A stretch of 64,000 bases of DNA from an uncultured Acidobacteriota bacterium (GTDB lineage: Bacteria; Acidobacteriota; Vicinamibacteria; Fen-336). The position numbers were made by a program, and so were the translations under genes. Shown here in pieces: positions 39,370 through 48,710 of this stretch (its first letter is position 1; each line of letters opens with the position of its first letter). The stretch spans positions 1,536,001 through 1,600,000 of the forward strand of contig OY970399.1 of the NCBI GenBank assembly GCA_963720545.1, read 5' to 3'. A model generated the notes under the pieces. It was given only the letters and a program-made list of their open reading frames with translations. It ran no database searches and was not told where the DNA came from.

Positions 39370-39888
39370 ATGACTTGGAAGATCCGAAGCGCAAGTAGGA
39401 CGGTGGCTGTCTGGTCCGTGTTTGCCGTCGCGGCCGGAATGGCAACCGCCTTCGCACAAGACGTGGCGTCCGGCACGGGCGAAGGCCGCGAGCTGGCGCA
39501 GTCGCGGACCAGGAGGATCGAGGGAACGTGGTTGACGCAGGTCTCGATCCGCGACTGCCAGACCGGGGCTGAATTGAGGACCTTTCCGGCGCTCAACACG
39601 TTCGCGGAGGGCGGGTCGCTCAACGACACGACCACGGGCTTCGGCCAGGCGCAGCGCAGCCCCGGCCTTGGCTTCTGGGAAAGGACCGGCCGCGACTCTT
39701 TCCGGGCCGTGTCGGTCGCGTTCCTCTTCAACCCGGCAGGCGCCTGGACCGGGACCCAGCGCCTTACCCACACGCTCCGCATCGGGCCGAACGAGCTGAC
39801 CTTCAACACTTCGAACAGGATCGTCGACCCCAACGGAGTTCCACTGGTCTCAGGCTGCGCCACCGCTGTTGGCCGTCGCCTGGAATGA
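39370..39888 (+). CDS. Secreted hypothetical beta-rich protein
   Basis: AAAGGAG RBS, signal peptide, IEGTW lipocalin-like start, two Cys. Confidence 0.8.
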   Translation: MTWKIRSASRTVAVWSVFAVAAGMATAFAQDVASGTGEGRELAQSRTRRIEGTWLTQVSIRDCQTGAELRTFPALNTFAEGGSLNDTTTGFGQAQRSPGLGFWERTGRDSFRAVSVAFLFNPAGAWTGTQRLTHTLRIGPNELTFNTSNRIVDPNGVPLVSGCATAVGRRLE

Positions 39889-39892
39889 TGTG

Positions 39893-39928
39893 AAGCGGCG
39901 GCGCCTTTGCGGAGTCGCCGCCGCTTTC
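39893..39928. terminator. GC-rich hairpin between convergent genes (probable terminator)
   Basis: AAGCGGCGGCG (39893-39903) pairs with CGCCGCCGCTT (39916-39926), 4 nt after the stop at 39888. Confidence 0.6.
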
Positions 39929-39973
39929 TCCAACACAAAGGCGAGTCGGAGTCTACCCTGCCGTGGCGGGCAT

Positions 39974-41368
39974 TCAGCCCATGAAACCGAGATCGCGCGT
40001 CGCGTAGTTGCCGAGGTTCGGGAAGATGAGGCCCAGCTCGGAATCGCCCACGCCGAACCAGCGCGCCAGCGTCGCCGCGTACTGGTCGACGGAGGTTGTG
40101 GGAATGATCTGGCCCCAGCCGACGTCATCGGGGCCGTCGTTCTGCAGCACCGGCATGCGCCCGAAGAAGCGTCCGCCGCGCACGCCCCCGCCGACCACGA
40201 AGTGGTGGGCGCCCCAGCCGTGGTCGGAGCCGTCGCCGTTCGATGACAGCGTGCGGCCGAAGTCGGACGCGGTGAAGGCGGTGACGTCGCCCTCGACGCC
40301 CATTTCCGCGGTGGCGTCGTAGAACGCCGACAGCGATTGCGCCAGGTCGGCGAGCAGGTGCGGCTGGTCGGCCAGCAGGTAGTCGTGATGGTCGAAGCCA
40401 CCGATCGAGACGAAGAAGATCTGCCGCTTGAGGTTGAGGGCGCCGCGCACGCCGATGAGCTGCGCGACCATCTTGAGCTGCGCGCCGAGCGAGCTGCCGG
40501 GAAACACGGTGGCAAGCGCGGGAGCGCCTTCGAGGGCGGCAGCAAGCGCGGCCGCGTTGTCGCGCGAGCGGTTGAAGCGCGCCGCGAACGTACGCTCCAG
40601 GACGTGCGCCTGCGCGCCCGGGGCCATCATCGCGAGGAAGGCGCGGCGCCGGTCTTCGTTCCACTCGATCGGACCGAAGGTGCGCGGCCCGTCGCTGCCC
40701 ATGATGTACTGGCTGGTCTCGGCGGCGCGTTCGAGGACGCTTTCGGACCCTAGCGAGATGGTCATCGGTACCGTCGCACCGGGATTAGCGCCCTGCAGCA
40801 GGTCGGCGATGCGACCGCCCCAGCCGAGGTTGCGCGAATCGTCGGAGCGCGACACCTGCCAGTAACCCTGCTGGTCGTTGTGCGAGAAGAGCTGCGGCGG
40901 CACCACCGCGCGGCCGGCGCGATAATCCCCCTTCGTCACCGGCTGCACCAGCGTGCCGACATTGGCGAGCACCGCGGCCTTGCCGGTGTTGAACAGGTTC
41001 TGCAGGCCGCGCATGCCCACTGGATCGGCGCCTGTTATGGCTTGCTGCAGTCCGTAGCTCGCGCCGTCCGAAGCGCCGCCGCCGGCAACGGGCGCAAGGG
41101 GTAGCAAGCTGCCACGCGGGAGAGCCAGGGTGGCGCGCGCCGCGGCGTACTGGTTGTAGTGCGCGGTGTCGGTGGGCACCACCATATTGGCGGCGTCGTT
41201 GCCACCGAACAGGAACACGCACACCAGCGCCTTGTAGTCGTCGAAGGCATCGACGCCGTAGGTGCGGACAGCGGCCTCGACCAGCTTCAGGTTGCCAAGC
41301 GCCGTGAACGCGCTGACGCCGCTGAGGGCCGAACAGATCGTGCGGTTGATCATTTCGCGTCGGTTCAT
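39974..41368 (-). CDS. DUF1501 family protein (Tat-like signal)
   Basis: MNRRE, YKALVCVFLFGGND, LFSHNDQQ, GGFDHH, SDFGRT, GSDHGWG. Confidence 0.9.
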   Translation of the reverse strand: MNRREMINRTICSALSGVSAFTALGNLKLVEAAVRTYGVDAFDDYKALVCVFLFGGNDAANMVVPTDTAHYNQYAAARATLALPRGSLLPLAPVAGGGASDGASYGLQQAITGADPVGMRGLQNLFNTGKAAVLANVGTLVQPVTKGDYRAGRAVVPPQLFSHNDQQGYWQVSRSDDSRNLGWGGRIADLLQGANPGATVPMTISLGSESVLERAAETSQYIMGSDGPRTFGPIEWNEDRRRAFLAMMAPGAQAHVLERTFAARFNRSRDNAAALAAALEGAPALATVFPGSSLGAQLKMVAQLIGVRGALNLKRQIFFVSIGGFDHHDYLLADQPHLLADLAQSLSAFYDATAEMGVEGDVTAFTASDFGRTLSSNGDGSDHGWGAHHFVVGGGVRGGRFFGRMPVLQNDGPDDVGWGQIIPTTSVDQYAATLARWFGVGDSELGLIFPNLGNYATRDLGFMG

Positions 41369-41379
41369 GTCGGCCTACC

Positions 41380-43101
41380 TCACTTCTGGACTGTGTATTC
41401 GGGCGAGTTGACGATCAGGTACAGCGCCTCCTGCACCCGGTCGCGGCCGGCACGCGCATTCGGCATGCCGTTCAGCCGGGTGAGCAGAGCTTGGCGCATC
41501 GTTGTCGACATCTGTCCGGACAAGAACAGCACGTTGTAGCGGTCGATGAGCGCTGTCGGCGTCGCCGCCAGGGGCATGTCGCGGTTGAGGTCGACGCTGA
41601 TGCTGTCGGCGCTCGTCTGGGTGTTGCCCACGTAGTACCAGAACACCTGATCGCCCAGGGCGTTGTGGGTCGTCGGCAGCATGAAGTCGGTGGCGAGCTG
41701 CAGCTCCGGAGCCACGAGGCCCTGGTCGCTCGCCTCGCCGATCGGCTGGTAGGCGGGGCTGAAGAAGTTGAAAACTGACGGCGCGTGCAGCGCCGTCTGA
41801 CCCAGGTAGTAGTCGGCGTACCACTCGGTCGTGCGCCCGGTGCGGCTGCGCGCGTTCGTCGCACGCCACAGGTGCGAGAGGCGCAGTAGCGGCTCGCGCA
41901 CCTTGCCAAACCCAGCGGGCTGACGGCTCAGCTGGCGAGCTTCGGGATCGAGCAGGATCTGGCGCACCACCGCCTTCATGCCGCCGCGCATTCCCGAGCC
42001 GCTGTTGTTGAACTTGGCGGCCACCCGGCCCACGTAAGCGGGGCTCGGGTTGCTGGTGACGAGCCTCTGGATCAGCTGCCGTGCGATGAACGGGCCGACG
42101 TTTGGGTGGTTGAAGATGTTGTCGAGCGTGAGGTTCAGGTCGCGGCGCGGCGTCGAGCGGGTGCCGGCCGGCAGCACGCCGCCGGGCAGTGCGACGCCCG
42201 GATAGTTGAGCAGCTGCTTCGAGCCTTCCCACGAGTGGTAGTCGCGGTTCATCTCCATCTCTGCGCGCCACGCGGGGTGCGTGGGTTCCCACATGTAGCA
42301 GCCGGTGAAGTAGCCGAGCGCCTTGCAGCCTTCGAAGGTCCAGCCGGTGAAGACGTGCGCAAAGCCCTTCACCGTGTCCTGGGTGTAGGTCGGGATGGTC
42401 TTGCCCATGGCATCGCGCTTGGGCGTGCCGTCAGGGTTGAGCTGCACCAGCCCGATGGTGAAGAGCTGCAGCACCTCGCGCGCGAAGTTCTCGTCGGGAC
42501 GGATGTTGCGCACTGCGTCCGGCTTCTGGTTGCCGAGCATCGAAAGGTACAGCCCCATCACCGGGTGCAGCGTCACGTCGGTCAGCAGGTTGCGGAAGTT
42601 GCCGAAGGCGGCGCGCACCAGCGCGTCGTAGTAGCTCGCGACGCCGTAGGGCGCCCCCGAGATGCGATCGGAGCGGTCGGAGACGACGAAGATCTCGCTG
42701 AGCGCGAACGCGACCCGCTGGCGCAACTGGTCCTTGTGAATCCGTGCGGCGTCGAAAGGATCGGGGCCGCCGAGCGCGTTCTGCCACCACGCCTCCTGGT
42801 GTACGGTCCAAGACCGGTTGCTGACGGTCGCCGGGCCGAGCGAATCGAGGTACTCGAGCTCGTACGACGGCGGCAGCGCGAACTGCTCGTTGATCCAGGC
42901 GGTGTAGCCGATCGCCTTGAGGTGCGCGATGTCCTCGAGCGTCGGGCCGAAGGTCGCTTGCGCCAGGAAGCGCGCGGCTTCGGCGTCGCTGATCGACTCC
43001 TGCGCCCATGCCGGAGTTGCGAACGTCACGAACATCGCCAACGCCGCTCCCGCCATTGCAATCCGGCCGGCCAGCAAACTCGATGTCGGGAGGGTCTTCA
43101 T
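41380..43101 (-). CDS. DUF1800 family protein
   Basis: AARFLAQATFG, DQLRQRVAFALSEIFVVS, PDENFAREVLQLFTIG, VTSNPSP, APSVFNFF; ATG 43101 with GGAGG. Confidence 0.9.
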   Translation of the reverse strand: MKTLPTSSLLAGRIAMAGAALAMFVTFATPAWAQESISDAEAARFLAQATFGPTLEDIAHLKAIGYTAWINEQFALPPSYELEYLDSLGPATVSNRSWTVHQEAWWQNALGGPDPFDAARIHKDQLRQRVAFALSEIFVVSDRSDRISGAPYGVASYYDALVRAAFGNFRNLLTDVTLHPVMGLYLSMLGNQKPDAVRNIRPDENFAREVLQLFTIGLVQLNPDGTPKRDAMGKTIPTYTQDTVKGFAHVFTGWTFEGCKALGYFTGCYMWEPTHPAWRAEMEMNRDYHSWEGSKQLLNYPGVALPGGVLPAGTRSTPRRDLNLTLDNIFNHPNVGPFIARQLIQRLVTSNPSPAYVGRVAAKFNNSGSGMRGGMKAVVRQILLDPEARQLSRQPAGFGKVREPLLRLSHLWRATNARSRTGRTTEWYADYYLGQTALHAPSVFNFFSPAYQPIGEASDQGLVAPELQLATDFMLPTTHNALGDQVFWYYVGNTQTSADSISVDLNRDMPLAATPTALIDRYNVLFLSGQMSTTMRQALLTRLNGMPNARAGRDRVQEALYLIVNSPEYTVQK

Positions 43102-43210
43102 CTCTGGACCTCCTCGTCCTCTGATGTGATGAAGATGGTTTGGATTGGATACGGAATGGGAACCTACGCGCGCGGTTGCGCATAGGCAGGTGACCCGTCG
43201 CACATGGCGG

Positions 43211-43252
43211 AGAAAAAGCGGACGAGGCTCGCGCCCTGATTGTGGCGCGAGC
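43211..43252 (-). terminator. Possible terminator hairpin downstream of PEPCK
   Basis: GCTCGCGCC (43227-43235) / GGCGCGAGC (43244-43252); T-run about 10 nt further on the minus strand. Confidence 0.4.
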
Positions 43253-43275
43253 GGGCCGCCAGGCGGCGGCGAAAG

Positions 43276-45021
43276 CTAGACGGCTACTTTGCTGACGCGG
43301 CCGGCGAGGGCTTCGAGTTCCTTCGTCAGCTGGCCCGGCAGTCGGCTGCCGAACTTCGCGAAGAACGCCTCGATCTCGGGGATCTCTCCTGCCCACTCGT
43401 CGCGATCGACGGCGAGCAGCTGGTCGAGTGCCGCGGAAGACAGGTCGAGGCCGTCGAGGTTCAGCGAGTCGCGGCGCGGGACGACGCCGATCGGCGTCTC
43501 GTCTCCCGTGCCGCTGCCCTTGATGCGGTCAACCATCCACAGCAGCACGCGCAGGTTCTGGCCGAAGCCGGGCCAGAGGAACTTGCCCGCGGCGTCCTGG
43601 CGGAACCAGTTCACGTGGAAGACCTTCGGCGGCTTGCTGACCGCCTTGCCCATCGCGAGCCAGTGGCCGAAGTAGTCGCCCATGTTGTAGCCGCAGAAAG
43701 GCAGCATCGCCATCGGATCGCGGCGCACGACACCCACCTGGCCGGTGGCGGCAGCGGTCGTCTCGGAGCCCATGGTGGCGCCCACGAACACGCCGTGGTT
43801 CCAGCTGCGGCTCTCGTAGACGAGCGGCGCGACGCGTGCGCGTCGGCCGCCGAAGATGATGGCGGAAAGCGGCACGCCCTGCGGGTCTTCCCAGCGCGGC
43901 GACATGCTCGGGCACTGCTTCGCCGCCACGGTAAAGCGCGCGTTCGGATGCGCGGCCTTCGACTTGCCGTCCCAGGTCTTGCCCTGCCAGTCGAGCAGGC
44001 CCGCCGGCGGGTTCTTGTCCTTGCCTTCCCACCACGGCACCCCGTCGGGCGTGACCGCGACGTTCGTGAAGATGGTGTCGTGGGTTATGGTCGCCATGGC
44101 GTTGGGGTTCGTGTCCATGCCGGTGCCCGGCACCACGCCGAAGAAGCCGGCCTCGGGATTGACGGCCCAGAGGCGGCCGTCGGGACCCGGCCGCAGCCAG
44201 GCGATGTCGTCGCCGACCGTGCGCACCTTGTAGCCGGCGTTCGCGAACGGCGAGACCAGCATCGCGAGGTTGGTCTTGCCGCACGCCGACGGGAAGGCGG
44301 CGCCGATGTAGTGGATCTCGCCCGAGGGCAGCTCGAGCTCGAGAATCAGCATGTGCTCGGCCATCCAGCCCTGCTTCCGCGCCATCGTGGATGCGATGCG
44401 CAGCGCGAAGCACTTCTTGCCGAGGAGCGCATTGCCGCCGTAGCCCGAGCCGACCGACCAGATGAGCCGCTCGTCGGGATAATGGACGATGAAGCGGCGG
44501 TCAGGTGAGAGGTCGCCGGTGGAGTGCAGCCCGGGAACGAATTCCTCGCTGCTGCCAAGCTGCTCCTTCGCCGCCTTGCCCATGCGGGTCATGATGCGCA
44601 TGTTGGCGACGACGTAGGGGCTGTCGGTCACCTCGATGCCGACCTTGCTGAACGGCGAGCCCAGCGGCCCCATCACGTATGGGATCGCGTACATGGTGCG
44701 GCCCTTCATCACGCCCTCGAACAGCGGCCCGACCTTCGCGCGCGCGTCGGCCGGCGCCATCCAGTTGTTGGTCGGCCCCGCGTCTTCCTGCTTGCCGCTC
44801 GCGATGAACGTCAGGTGCTCGGTGCGCGCCACGTCGGAGGAGTGGCTGCGGTGCAGGGTCGATCCAGGTGCTTCCTTCTCGTTCAGGCGCTGCAGCGTCC
44901 CCGAGGCGAGCATTTCTCCGACCAGGCGGTCGTTCTCGGCCTGGGATCCGTCAACCCAAACGACCTTGTCGGGCTGCGTCGTCTTTTCGACTTCGTTGAC
45001 CCAACGTTCGGCTGGCGTCAT
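43276..45021 (-). CDS. pckG: Phosphoenolpyruvate carboxykinase (GTP)
   Basis: SDVART, GYGGNALLGKKCFALR, AFPSACGKTNLAM, VGDDIAW, NPEAGFFG, HPNARF, PFCGYNMGDY. Confidence 0.96.
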   Translation of the reverse strand: MTPAERWVNEVEKTTQPDKVVWVDGSQAENDRLVGEMLASGTLQRLNEKEAPGSTLHRSHSSDVARTEHLTFIASGKQEDAGPTNNWMAPADARAKVGPLFEGVMKGRTMYAIPYVMGPLGSPFSKVGIEVTDSPYVVANMRIMTRMGKAAKEQLGSSEEFVPGLHSTGDLSPDRRFIVHYPDERLIWSVGSGYGGNALLGKKCFALRIASTMARKQGWMAEHMLILELELPSGEIHYIGAAFPSACGKTNLAMLVSPFANAGYKVRTVGDDIAWLRPGPDGRLWAVNPEAGFFGVVPGTGMDTNPNAMATITHDTIFTNVAVTPDGVPWWEGKDKNPPAGLLDWQGKTWDGKSKAAHPNARFTVAAKQCPSMSPRWEDPQGVPLSAIIFGGRRARVAPLVYESRSWNHGVFVGATMGSETTAAATGQVGVVRRDPMAMLPFCGYNMGDYFGHWLAMGKAVSKPPKVFHVNWFRQDAAGKFLWPGFGQNLRVLLWMVDRIKGSGTGDETPIGVVPRRDSLNLDGLDLSSAALDQLLAVDRDEWAGEIPEIEAFFAKFGSRLPGQLTKELEALAGRVSKVAV

Positions 45022-45148
45022 CAGGGACTCCTGTCAAAAGGCGGAACGACCTGAGGAAGGAAGATTCTAGGAGGGCGTAACGGCCCGGATCAACCTGTGA
45101 GCCGTATCCGCCACCCTGTCAATCACTTGCCGCTGGGTGACGCTCGGG

Positions 45149-45967
45149 TTACAGGCTCCGCGCAAAGGCACGCAGGCGCCGGTTGAACGAAGAGGCGTCG
45201 TCCCAGAATGGGCCGTGGCCCGCGTTCGCCACAATGTCAACCTGCGCGTGCGGCAGTCCCTTCTTGTGTTGGTCGACCGCGGCTCGCTTGACGACGGCGT
45301 CCGCAGCACCCTGCGTGATCAAGACCGGCTTGCGTATCCTCGGCAGCAGGTCGTCGTTGTCGAATGCGCGCGAGAAGAGGGCCTGGCGGACGTGCGGCGG
45401 GACGGATACGTTCCATCCGAGCATCATGTAGAGATCCGTGGGCGAAAGCTCCCTGAGGAAGCACCTGCGGACCAACGCTTCCAGGCTCGCTACGCTCTCC
45501 GCGGCCTCGGTTGCGAAGAAGCCAGGCACGAGCGCGAGAAACTCTGGGTCGAGAACGGCGGTCGCCTCCTCGCTGCCGAGTTTCGTGATCCCACCGACGA
45601 ATTGCATGCCACCAATGTCGCTCTCGCCGTGATGCCGTATGTAATCGAGGATGACGAGCGGCCCATAGGACCAGCCACTGAGGATCGAGTGCTCGAGGCC
45701 GAGCGTGCGAATCGCGGCGTTGACGTCGTCGGCCCACATTTTCGAATCGCCATAGGCGTCGCGCGGCTTGTCCGAGAGGCCGTGGCCGCGCAGATCCATG
45801 GCGACCAGTCGATGGTCATCGGCCAGGTCGGATTGCAACTGTCGGCTCCAGGCGAGCCAACACTGCGAAAAGCCGTGGAGGAACAGGATGGGCCGGCCCG
45901 CAGCGTTCCCGGTTTCGACGACGTGGAGCTGTACGCCTCCACCGCCGGTGATCGTGTGGTGTTTCAC
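45149..45967 (-). CDS. Alpha/beta hydrolase (non-heme haloperoxidase-like)
   Basis: LFLHGF, DLRGHG, GWSYG, QGAAD, AGH. Confidence 0.9.
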   Translation of the reverse strand: MKHHTITGGGGVQLHVVETGNAAGRPILFLHGFSQCWLAWSRQLQSDLADDHRLVAMDLRGHGLSDKPRDAYGDSKMWADDVNAAIRTLGLEHSILSGWSYGPLVILDYIRHHGESDIGGMQFVGGITKLGSEEATAVLDPEFLALVPGFFATEAAESVASLEALVRRCFLRELSPTDLYMMLGWNVSVPPHVRQALFSRAFDNDDLLPRIRKPVLITQGAADAVVKRAAVDQHKKGLPHAQVDIVANAGHGPFWDDASSFNRRLRAFARSL

Positions 45968-46039
45968 GAGCTTTCCCGCACGCGGGTGTATAGTGCCGGC
46001 CCGCTCTGGAAGTCAAGAAAAAAACCAAAGGGAGTTCAA

Positions 46040-46504
46040 GTGAGAAAAATAACGATCTGCGTGATCGCCACGATGTTCGCCGCCGCTTCGCTGTGCCTCG
46101 CCGCCGAGGACGTGACCCTCGGCACCTGGAAAATGAACGAGGCCAAGTCGAAGATCGCGCCCGGAGCACCGAAGAACATCGACGTGGTGTACGCGGCGGC
46201 TGGCGACAGCGTGAAGATCACCGTCGACGGCCTGGACGGCGACGGCAAGCCGGCGCACAACGAGTGGACCGGCAAGTTCGACGGCAAGGACTATCCGTTG
46301 GTCGGTGATCCGGCAGCGGACACGCGGTCCTACAAGCGGATCGACTCGCACACGCTGGAGTTGAGCAACAAGCTCGGCGGCAAGGTCACGTTCACGGGCC
46401 GTGTCGTGGTCTCCGCAGATGGCAAAACCCGCACCGTCACCATCAGCGGCCTCGACGGCAAGGGCGTGAAGCAAACTTCGACCGCGGTCTACGACCGGCA
46501 GTAG
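46040..46504 (+). CDS. Secreted hypothetical beta-barrel-like protein (similar to 58172-58642)
   Basis: GGGAG RBS, GTG 46040, signal peptide, GTWKMNEAKS, FDGKDYP, VSADGKTRT. Confidence 0.8.
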   Translation: MRKITICVIATMFAAASLCLAAEDVTLGTWKMNEAKSKIAPGAPKNIDVVYAAAGDSVKITVDGLDGDGKPAHNEWTGKFDGKDYPLVGDPAADTRSYKRIDSHTLELSNKLGGKVTFTGRVVVSADGKTRTVTISGLDGKGVKQTSTAVYDRQ

Positions 46505-46532
46505 CCGGCAAGAAGCAAGCCGTACGGGCGTT

Positions 46533-46559
46533 ATAGCCCGGATAATCCGTCCGGGCTAT
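46533..46559. repeat. Perfect 10-bp inverted repeat (terminator or REP-like)
   Basis: ATAGCCCGGA-7 nt-TCCGGGCTAT. Confidence 0.6.
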
Positions 46560-46606
46560 CCGCCTGCTCATCAACCAGTTGCCGCTCCCAGCGCTAAGAT
46601 CGTCCC

Positions 46607-46873
46607 GTGGACGATCTGCCCGGCGCCGACCTCGTGCGCACCGGCCTCGACGACCTGCGCGCCGGCCGCCGCACGGTGGAATCGCTGCTCGTCTCGATTG
46701 GCGCGCCGCGGCTGCGCAGCGAGGGGATCGACGTGCCGGAAGGCTTCCCCGAGCCGGAGCACGGCCTGTATCTGATGCTGTGCGAAACTCACGATGACGG
46801 CGCCCACTCGCAGTACAACGCTCTGATCCGCCGCCTGGTGAGCTTCGAGCGCGCACTGTCGTGCGCCCGCTAG
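46607..46873 (+). CDS. Small hypothetical protein (candidate antitoxin)
   Basis: 88 aa, -10-like TAAGAT 6 nt upstream, overlaps the next gene by 13 nt. Confidence 0.72.
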   Translation: MDDLPGADLVRTGLDDLRAGRRTVESLLVSIGAPRLRSEGIDVPEGFPEPEHGLYLMLCETHDDGAHSQYNALIRRLVSFERALSCAR

Positions 46874-47397
46874 CCGACGGTTCGCGGATTCGGGATTTGA
46901 TGCGCGAGCTGGGCCGCGCCGCGCGCCACGAGGCTTCGATCTACTTCACCGGTGGCGCCACGGCGGTGCTCCTCGGCTGGCGCGCCACGACACTCGACGC
47001 CGACTTGCGCATCGTCCCCGACTCCGATCCGCTGCTTAGCGAGATTCCGCGCATCAAGGAGTCGCTGCGGCTGAGCATCGAACTCGCCGCGCCGAGCGAC
47101 TTCATTCCGGAGTTGCCGGGCTGGCAGGAACGCAGCCTCTATATCGCCCGCGAGGGACGCGTGTCCTTCTATCACTACGACCTCTACTCGCAGGCGCTTG
47201 CGAAGATCGAACGCGGCCATGCCCAGGACCATACGGACGTCGGCGAGATGATGGCCCGCGGCCTCGTCGAGCCTGCGCGCCTGCTGACGTACTTCGAAGC
47301 CATCGAGCCCGTGCTTTATCGCTACCCCGCCGTCAGCCCGGAAAAGTTTCGCGCCGAGGTCCAGGCGGCGGTCAGGCGAGCGGCGGACCAGCTTTGA
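46861..47397 (+). CDS. DUF6036/AbiEii-like nucleotidyltransferase
   Basis: YFTGGATA...RATTLDADL and K..RG..QD..D motifs of Pol-beta-superfamily NTases. Confidence 0.78.
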   Translation: MRPLADGSRIRDLMRELGRAARHEASIYFTGGATAVLLGWRATTLDADLRIVPDSDPLLSEIPRIKESLRLSIELAAPSDFIPELPGWQERSLYIAREGRVSFYHYDLYSQALAKIERGHAQDHTDVGEMMARGLVEPARLLTYFEAIEPVLYRYPAVSPEKFRAEVQAAVRRAADQL

Positions 47398-48277
47398 GGT
47401 AGCGGCCGGGGAGCGGGTGGTCGAGGAACACTCCGATGGCCCTGGCCGCGGCGGAAACGGCGGCGAGGTCGACGCCGGTTTCGATGCCCATGCCGTCGAG
47501 CATGTAGAGCAGGTCTTCGGTGGCGAGGTTGCCCGAGGCGCCGGGAGCGTACGGGCAGCCGCCGAGGCCGCCCGCCGAGGAGTCGACGATCGCGATGCCC
47601 GCTTCCATGGCGGCGAGGACGTTCGCGAGTGCCGTGCCGCGGGTGTCGTGGAAGTGCACCGCGAGCGCGCCGGCGGGCATCGAGTGCTGCAGCCGGCCCA
47701 TGACGTCGGTCACCTGCGTCGGCACTGCGACGCCGATGGTGTCGCCGATCGAGATCTCGTGGCAGCCAAGCGCGTGCAGGCGACTCGCAACCTCCACCAC
47801 TTTCGCGGGATCGACACGGCCCTCGTACGGGCAGCCGAAGCAAGTGGAGACGTAGCCGCGCACCCACATGCCGGCGGCGAGCGCTTCGGGCACGAACTCG
47901 GCGAAGCGCGCGAACGACTCGTCGATGCTGGCGTTGATGTTCTTGCGGTTGAAGGTTTCGCTGGCGGCCGTGAAGATCGCGATCGCGCGCACGCCGCTGC
48001 CTTGTGCCGCCTCGAATCCCTGGCGGTTCGGCACCAGGACCGGCAGGCGCACGCCGGGCGGCGCAACCACTCGCCTCGCGATTTCGTCCGAGCCCGCCAT
48101 CTGCGGCACCCATTTCGGCGAGACGAAGGCGCCGGTCTCCACCACGCTCAGCCCCGCGGCGACGAGGGCTTCGCAAAAAGCGACCTTCGCCTCGAGCGGG
48201 ATCGCGACCTTCTCGTTCTGCAGGCCGTCGCGCGGCCCGACCTCGACCACGGTCACGCGCTGCGGGTACGTGCTCAT
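47372..48277 (-). CDS. hmgL: Hydroxymethylglutaryl-CoA lyase
   Basis: EVGPRDGLQNE, FVSPKWVPQM, HFHDT, GLGGCPYAPGASGNLATED. Confidence 0.95.
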   Translation of the reverse strand: MSTYPQRVTVVEVGPRDGLQNEKVAIPLEAKVAFCEALVAAGLSVVETGAFVSPKWVPQMAGSDEIARRVVAPPGVRLPVLVPNRQGFEAAQGSGVRAIAIFTAASETFNRKNINASIDESFARFAEFVPEALAAGMWVRGYVSTCFGCPYEGRVDPAKVVEVASRLHALGCHEISIGDTIGVAVPTQVTDVMGRLQHSMPAGALAVHFHDTRGTALANVLAAMEAGIAIVDSSAGGLGGCPYAPGASGNLATEDLLYMLDGMGIETGVDLAAVSAAARAIGVFLDHPLPGRYLKAGPPLA

Positions 48278-48708
48278 TCGAGTTCCGCCAGCGGCACCCC
48301 GGCGTCAGCCATCTCGCCAACCCGGACGCCGATGCTCTTGACGATACCGTCACGCGCCGCACGCACCGCGTTCTCCATCTTCATCGCCTCGATCACCAGG
48401 ATCTCGTCGCCCTTGCGCACCGCCTGGCCGGGAACGACGCTGATCTTGATCACCTTGCCCGGCATCGGCGCCGCCAGCTCCGCGGCGCCGCCGCGCTCCC
48501 CCGCCTTGCGCTCGCCGGGGCGCGCCACCTCGAGAACGTAGGCAGCGCCGCGCCACCACAAGTGCAGCGTATCGCCGGTTCGGACGCAGTGGAACGTCTC
48601 GCTGCCGCTGCCGTTTTCGACTGCGAACGTGCCGTGGCCGAGCGACCGGACGCGCAGAGCGTCGTCGAGCGCGACGTCCCGCGTTTCTTCGCCAAGGCGC
48701 AGCAGCAT
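48274..48708 (-). CDS. Biotin carboxyl carrier protein (separate subunit)
   Basis: APMPGKV and EAMKME biotinylation motif; ATG at 48708. Confidence 0.9.
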   Translation of the reverse strand: MLLRLGEETRDVALDDALRVRSLGHGTFAVENGSGSETFHCVRTGDTLHLWWRGAAYVLEVARPGERKAGERGGAAELAAPMPGKVIKISVVPGQAVRKGDEILVIEAMKMENAVRAARDGIVKSIGVRVGEMADAGVPLAELE

Positions 48709-48710
48709 GG

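Noticed and set aside
39255..39938. 227-aa minus-strand ORF
   Set aside because: Antisense to the secreted protein 39370-39888, which has an RBS and a signal peptide
39974..43101. DUF1800/DUF1501 pair as a new system
   Set aside because: Function is unknown, but the pairing is widespread and well known, and this copy shows no unusual features
45022..45148. ncRNA or riboswitch upstream of PEPCK
   Set aside because: No motif or convincing stem set recognised by eye; an Rfam/Infernal scan would settle it
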